Below are positions 59,884 through 64,000 of a stretch of DNA of 64,000 nucleotides, piece by piece. The position numbers and the translations under genes are program-made. A model generated the notes under the pieces. That model was given only the letters and a program-made list of their open reading frames with translations. It was not told the DNA's origin and did no database searches. Where the stretch lies: the IMG/VR virus record IMGVR_UViG_2671180842_000004. One strand, written 5' to 3'. Source of the DNA: an uncultured virus (IMG/VR IMGVR_UViG_2671180842_000004). Lineage: Duplodnaviria > Heunggongvirae > Uroviricota > Caudoviricetes. The stretch's first letter is position 1. The number at the start of each line of letters is the position of its first letter.

Positions 59884-60334
59884 TGGCTACCTCCTCTGAT
59901 TCTACTGAATCGGTTGTGGCTTTACGCAGGATTTCCACATCGAAGCCTGCACTCTTATAGCCTTCTAAAATTGTACTGTAATAATAACAACTCGGCTGTC
60001 CAAGCGGTCTACCATCATTCATGATGTAGACCATTGCCTTGACGGTTTTGCCTCCCAACTTCACTTTTATTGTTTCCTTGCGATAAAGGAACGGCCATCC
60101 CTCGTAACGGTCAAGTGCCGCTTCATCGGTCGGTGTAATCTCCCAAACTAAAACTGGTACGTTGCCACCCTCAAAAGGCTCGATTGTCGCCACAGCGCCC
60201 GCGTGTGCCCCTCTAAATAATAGGCGGTGGTCATTGATTTGACTTGCTCCTACCACCTTCGCTGTGGGGCATCTGTCGGCCATTTGCTTTAGATTAAGGT
60301 TGGAGCCATAGGCAAGATATAATTTATTCTTCAT
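59876..60334 (-). CDS. Gamma-glutamylcyclotransferase (AIG2-like) family protein
   Basis: YLAYGSNL..QM..RCP...LDRYEG.P..Y. Confidence 0.9.
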   Translation of the reverse strand: MKNKLYLAYGSNLNLKQMADRCPTAKVVGASQINDHRLLFRGAHAGAVATIEPFEGGNVPVLVWEITPTDEAALDRYEGWPFLYRKETIKVKLGGKTVKAMVYIMNDGRPLGQPSCYYYSTILEGYKSAGFDVEILRKATTDSVESEEVANE

Positions 60335-60372
60335 TGTAATCCTCCTTCTTAGCTTTGTGGATTAGGGGCAGC

Positions 60373-61272
60373 TCAGGCCGCCCGAAACCGCCATGCAGCT
60401 GAACCCGAAAGTGCTGCTGTCAAATGTTCTCTGCAGTTTGCAAATTCATCCCCAATGAAACCAATCCGGTTTAGGTAGGTTCTCATAGCAAACTTCTCGT
60501 TTTCCACCTGCGGTTTCTTTGCTGATGCACACTTTTGTGTTAAGGCTTGGTGGTTGATGGCAAGTGCTAGAACAATGTAGCTTCTTATCTTTCCTGCATG
60601 AAGTTCGCTATTAAATCCTCTAAGTTCAACTGTATGGTTTCCGGTAAAAAAGCTGTGAAGGTTGAGGAAATGGTAGCGGCTGTTGTGGTAATGAGTACTT
60701 CTACTCTCGCTGTAACCTTCGTACCAAATGTCCTCAATTTGTCTCATGGTTTTAGGCTTTTTACGGTTCATCTTCTCAACCAAAATGCTGTCCATCTTTT
60801 TGCAGTAATTCATTCTCTGCGGTGCAATCTGAAGTGCTTTATAAAATAAGTCGTTTTTGCTTGCAATGATATTTACAAAGTTTCGAATGCTTCGTGGGGT
60901 ATGTTCAGCACCGTCTAGATGAATGTGAATTCCGCAAGATGTATTTGTAAAGGCTCCAGCTTTGCGAAGCTTTCTTACTAGTTCCTGCAAAGTTTCAATG
61001 TCCTCCCGGTAGGTTAGGATTGGGCTAACCAGCTCAACACTATAATCTCTACCTGCAGCTACTTTTCTTCTACCTTCTTTTCTTTGGCAATTGATGCTCC
61101 CATCGTACATAAACTTCCACACTCGACCATCTGGAGTTTTTACCTTCTTGGTGTCGTAGTATGTCCCGCCTTCACTGTAAATGCCTTGCAAATACTCTGC
61201 AGCGACTTTGGCTGCTCTTTCCCTTGTAATCCCTGTAAATTCAATCTCAATCCCGAATTTTGCACTTAACAT
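60373..61272 (-). CDS. Putative amidoligase (COOH-NH2 ligase type 2)
   Basis: FGIEIE, DGSI, ELVSP, CGIHIH, RY..LN and TVELR motifs. Confidence 0.9.
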   Translation of the reverse strand: MLSAKFGIEIEFTGITRERAAKVAAEYLQGIYSEGGTYYDTKKVKTPDGRVWKFMYDGSINCQRKEGRRKVAAGRDYSVELVSPILTYREDIETLQELVRKLRKAGAFTNTSCGIHIHLDGAEHTPRSIRNFVNIIASKNDLFYKALQIAPQRMNYCKKMDSILVEKMNRKKPKTMRQIEDIWYEGYSESRSTHYHNSRYHFLNLHSFFTGNHTVELRGFNSELHAGKIRSYIVLALAINHQALTQKCASAKKPQVENEKFAMRTYLNRIGFIGDEFANCREHLTAALSGSAAWRFRAA

Positions 61273-61314
61273 CGTGTCTCGCTCCTTTTAAAGTGTGTTT
61301 GTCCTTTCGGCATG

Positions 61315-61350
61315 TACATATATCACTCTAAAAGGCTTATATAGCAAGAC
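61315..61350 (-). repeat. Promoter-like repeat, copy upstream of amidoligase
   Basis: TACATATATCACTCTAAA...CAAG; first 18 bp identical to 62454-62471 with the same spacing to CAAG. Confidence 0.75.
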
Positions 61351-61407
61351 AATTCTGCAATATAAATCTACATATTTACTGCCATATTGGGCTTAAAATG
61401 TGTATTT

Positions 61408-61635
61408 TTATTCTTCGATTTTCTTGCATAAATCCTCTCCAAAAACCACTCCAAGGGAACTGCCTGAATCCCAACTGACGTGGATAGTTCCCATATCATC
61501 AACACTAGTAACCGTACCTTTATCTCCTGGCTGAAGCTTGGTATAAGGGTCATTCATCTTAAGTAACATGACACGAGTTCCTGGAGTGTAATAACTTCTA
61601 AGTTGCTTTAGCATTTCTGGGTGAATGATATTCAT
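61408..61635 (-). CDS. DUF4314-like small beta-barrel protein
   Basis: Y.PGTRV.L..M.DPY..L.PG.KGTV..VDD.GTIHV.WD.GSSLG. Confidence 0.8.
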   Translation of the reverse strand: MNIIHPEMLKQLRSYYTPGTRVMLLKMNDPYTKLQPGDKGTVTSVDDMGTIHVSWDSGSSLGVVFGEDLCKKIEE

Positions 61636-62423
61636 TATTCACTCACCTCCTGATGTTTGGCACTTCCGCTTTTGAAGGCAGAGCTACCCGACAGTTTGGA
61701 GAGGAGAATTTTTCGTTCTGTTTTGTATTCTGGACCGATAAAGCCAAGTCTTAGAAGGAAACAACGGAAAGCGTACTTTTCATTCTCCACTGATTTCTCG
61801 GTCGAGTTGACGCGGGTCTGTTTCTTTGCCATTTCACAAAGTGCTGTTACAAAGTGGGTATAAGCCTTAACCTCCTCTGCGGAACACTCACTTTGGAACC
61901 AAGGGAAGGTTACAAATTCCTCATTTACGATAATGGGAATAGAGTCAGTATCAAGTGCTTTCTTTATAAGGGTTTCTTTGCTTTCTACCAATCCTTTTAG
62001 GTTATCAAGTGCAGTTTCGCTAAAACCCTCCCTCGGCATATGGATAATTAAATTAACAGTTTCTTCGGTTTCATCTGATTCGCTATATACGGGAGGTTCT
62101 TCGTAATCACTATTTGGACTTACCCTACCCCCAAGAGCCGCTTCATTGGGACCTTGAATATTTTCAAGAACAGGCTCTGCTTTTGGAAGTGGTGTGTCAA
62201 ATTCTTCTGTAACCGCCTTAAAGTTATGAAGGCCTAATAGATCATTAACCAGTTCAGAATTATCTGGTCCTCTGACTACCCCGTTTTTGTCAATGTTGTA
62301 GTCTGCCACCTCATATGCAAATGTAGGTGCTCCAAGATATCTTGCAGGAGCATTCAGTTTTTGGCTTATTGCGTTGACTAACTCTTTTCTTTTTGGTCCT
62401 GTGACATTATAGTTTATCTGCAT
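61635..62423 (-). CDS. Uncharacterised phage protein; shares its C-terminal domain with the amidoligase
   Basis: ENEKYAFRCFLLRLGFIG.E...R..L...LSGSSAF versus ENEKFAMRTYLNRIGFIG.E...R..L...LSGSAAW. Confidence 0.8.
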   Translation of the reverse strand: MQINYNVTGPKRKELVNAISQKLNAPARYLGAPTFAYEVADYNIDKNGVVRGPDNSELVNDLLGLHNFKAVTEEFDTPLPKAEPVLENIQGPNEAALGGRVSPNSDYEEPPVYSESDETEETVNLIIHMPREGFSETALDNLKGLVESKETLIKKALDTDSIPIIVNEEFVTFPWFQSECSAEEVKAYTHFVTALCEMAKKQTRVNSTEKSVENEKYAFRCFLLRLGFIGPEYKTERKILLSKLSGSSAFKSGSAKHQEVSE

Positions 62424-62453
62424 TTTTTATACCGCCTTTCTATTTTCGGTACA

Positions 62454-62489
62454 TACATATATCACTCTAAAGGCTGTTAATATCAAGTC
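62454..62489 (-). repeat. Promoter-like repeat, copy upstream of the 262-aa gene
   Basis: TACATATATCACTCTAAAGGCTGTTAATATCAAGTC. Confidence 0.75.
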
Positions 62490-62524
62490 ATTTAGAGCAT
62501 CTTTCTGTAGAAAAAACTATTCCA

Positions 62525-64000
62525 TTATTCAGCGGTATTTTCAGCAGATAACACAATGCCAGTCAGCACAAAACAGACGCATGGAAGTGCTACACCATTA
62601 CCCCACATTTTATACTCAGCTGAATCAGAATGAGGGTTGTTAAGCCATTTTATAATCTGCTTTCTTGTTTTTGGTTTGCTGCTCTTACCCATGATTTTGC
62701 GGTGAGTTTCCCAAACCTCCGTCCAGAATAAAATTTCATCCTCTGTAGGGTTTTCCGTACCGAGGTCATCACACCAATCATCAGGAAAACCTTGCAATCT
62801 TGCACATTCCGTTGGTGTAAGCCTTCGAACGATATATTCTGGCTCATCGTTTTTCTTGACTGTAACAAGCATATCGTTTGATGCATCCTGACCGTTAAAA
62901 CCACTTGGATGTGCGCCTGCAGAAATCGTACCACTGACATTCTGATAAGGTTGTGCCACAGCCGATGGACCTTGAGCATTTAATGTTGATGCAACACTGT
63001 CTTCTGTTATCCCTAAATTTCTAGCAAAATTCTGTCCGCAGTTAAAGGTTTCACGATCAATTGCATACACAACACTATGTCTATCCACTGTATTAAGAGT
63101 GAAACTCATATTGTCATTTATACCATCGCCTTGAGGACCGTTTTTATCCTGTCTTCCAATCATCGAGCCTTGAAGAGCAACTACTGCAATACCACCTTGA
63201 TTACATCCCGGATTTCCACCATTAGCATCGATGGTTCGGGAAGTATCCGCTTTATATATACCGCTATGAGGATTGCTTGACTGCATAGAGTTGCTCTTAT
63301 CAGAGCAGATGCCAAATGCAGTAGGCACAAAAACGGTCTGGTCATTGTTGCATCCAAGGGTCGCAGACTTATCATCTTGAATTAACGCACCTTTACCGCC
63401 ACCTTCACACCCAGAACGAATTTTTAGGGTCTTTGGAGTCTCATTTAATGATACAGCCGCTGGTACGACTCCTGCCCTTAACGTTGGTGAAATTTCCTCC
63501 TCATATCCAATACTACGACTATCCGATGAATGTTCTGTGCAGAATCCAGCAGTTGTTACAAAAGGTTGATTATTACCACCCTTCCCATATGTAGCGGATA
63601 CAGTTGGTGCTACATCAACGGGGCCTTTGTATCGTGTATCTTGACTGTGGTTTTCAAACATTACACAGGGTGGATGATTTGCTTTTGCTCTAAGTGTTGC
63701 TGTCTTACCATCAAGCACATCGATGCGTTGTCCACCTTGATCGTTTAAGCATACAGTGCCTGTCTTTCCAGTGCAGTTTTTAGCATTTCCGGAAGTTCTT
63801 TGCCACGGGCTGCCGCTCGGCGCAAAATTCCTTGGCATGCCTTCGGACTCAAATAGTATTTCTGCGGCACATCTGCCTGCAAAATCTGCGACAAGGTAGA
63901 TTCTACGACGACGTTGGGGTACTCCGAAATATTGCGCATCGATAGTTCGGTAAGCCACACTCCATCCGTCTCCCATATAGATGTCAGCGTATGGCCATCG
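62525..64000 (-). CDS. DNA (cytosine-5) methyltransferase, 5'-truncated by the window edge, with a very long variable region
   Basis: Motif VIII QYFGVPQRRRRIYLV, motif IX RRLTPTECARLQGFP, motif X YKMWGNGV; frame open to 64000. Confidence 0.92.
   Translation of the reverse strand, partial: RWPYADIYMGDGWSVAYRTIDAQYFGVPQRRRRIYLVADFAGRCAAEILFESEGMPRNFAPSGSPWQRTSGNAKNCTGKTGTVCLNDQGGQRIDVLDGKTATLRAKANHPPCVMFENHSQDTRYKGPVDVAPTVSATYGKGGNNQPFVTTAGFCTEHSSDSRSIGYEEEISPTLRAGVVPAAVSLNETPKTLKIRSGCEGGGKGALIQDDKSATLGCNNDQTVFVPTAFGICSDKSNSMQSSNPHSGIYKADTSRTIDANGGNPGCNQGGIAVVALQGSMIGRQDKNGPQGDGINDNMSFTLNTVDRHSVVYAIDRETFNCGQNFARNLGITEDSVASTLNAQGPSAVAQPYQNVSGTISAGAHPSGFNGQDASNDMLVTVKKNDEPEYIVRRLTPTECARLQGFPDDWCDDLGTENPTEDEILFWTEVWETHRKIMGKSSKPKTRKQIIKWLNNPHSDSAEYKMWGNGVALPCVCFVLTGIVLSAENTAE
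63745..63999 (-). CDS. Overlapping alternative-frame ORF inside the MTase (beta-polypeptide-like), open to the window edge
   Basis: STLSQILQADVPQKYYLSPKACQGILRRAAARGKELPEMLKTALERQA reads as native MTase-like protein sequence. Confidence 0.55.
   Translation of the reverse strand, partial: DGHTLTSIWETDGVWLTELSMRNISEYPNVVVESTLSQILQADVPQKYYLSPKACQGILRRAAARGKELPEMLKTALERQALYA

Overview
The window is almost entirely mobile DNA from a low-GC Firmicute. The host is probably Clostridioides difficile or a close relative, inferred from the SPKTG sortase motif and a gene content resembling CTn7. All credible genes are on the minus strand. (1) About 1-29900 is a Tn916-family ICE whose left end is outside the window. 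It has a large serine recombinase, an Orf7/Orf8-like regulatory module, a Mg2+-uptake cargo block (two MgtA-type P-ATPases, MgtC, a receiver-less OmpR-type regulator), a full conjugation module (Orf13-Orf23 equivalents, MobT relaxase with oriT, two ArdA), two inserted single-gene cassettes (a cat gene and a membrane protein) and a sortase-anchored adhesin. (2) About 29856-30012 is a junction carrying the 3' tail of a rumA/rlmD-type gene and two tandem DMFPxT att-like scars. (3) About 30013-37560 is an IS66 element with an 8-bp target duplication and a mef(A)-msr(D)-GrpB-vat-erm(G) resistance cluster. (4) About 37600-64000 is a siphovirus-type prophage, truncated by the right edge. It has a serine-recombinase triad, lysis, tail, head and terminase genes, an amidoligase/GGCT module and a C5 DNA methyltransferase. 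The most notable unannotated signals are an MgtL-like leader peptide and an operator repeat in the Mg block, an identical 32-bp terminator closing both ICE cassettes, att scars showing tandem accretion at rumA, an ErmG leader peptide embedded in the vat C-terminus, a split carbohydrate-binding domain in the tail with in-frame amber stops, an amidoligase plus degenerate paralogue behind duplicated promoters, and a dual-coded MTase segment. All family assignments come from motif recognition by eye; no searches were run.
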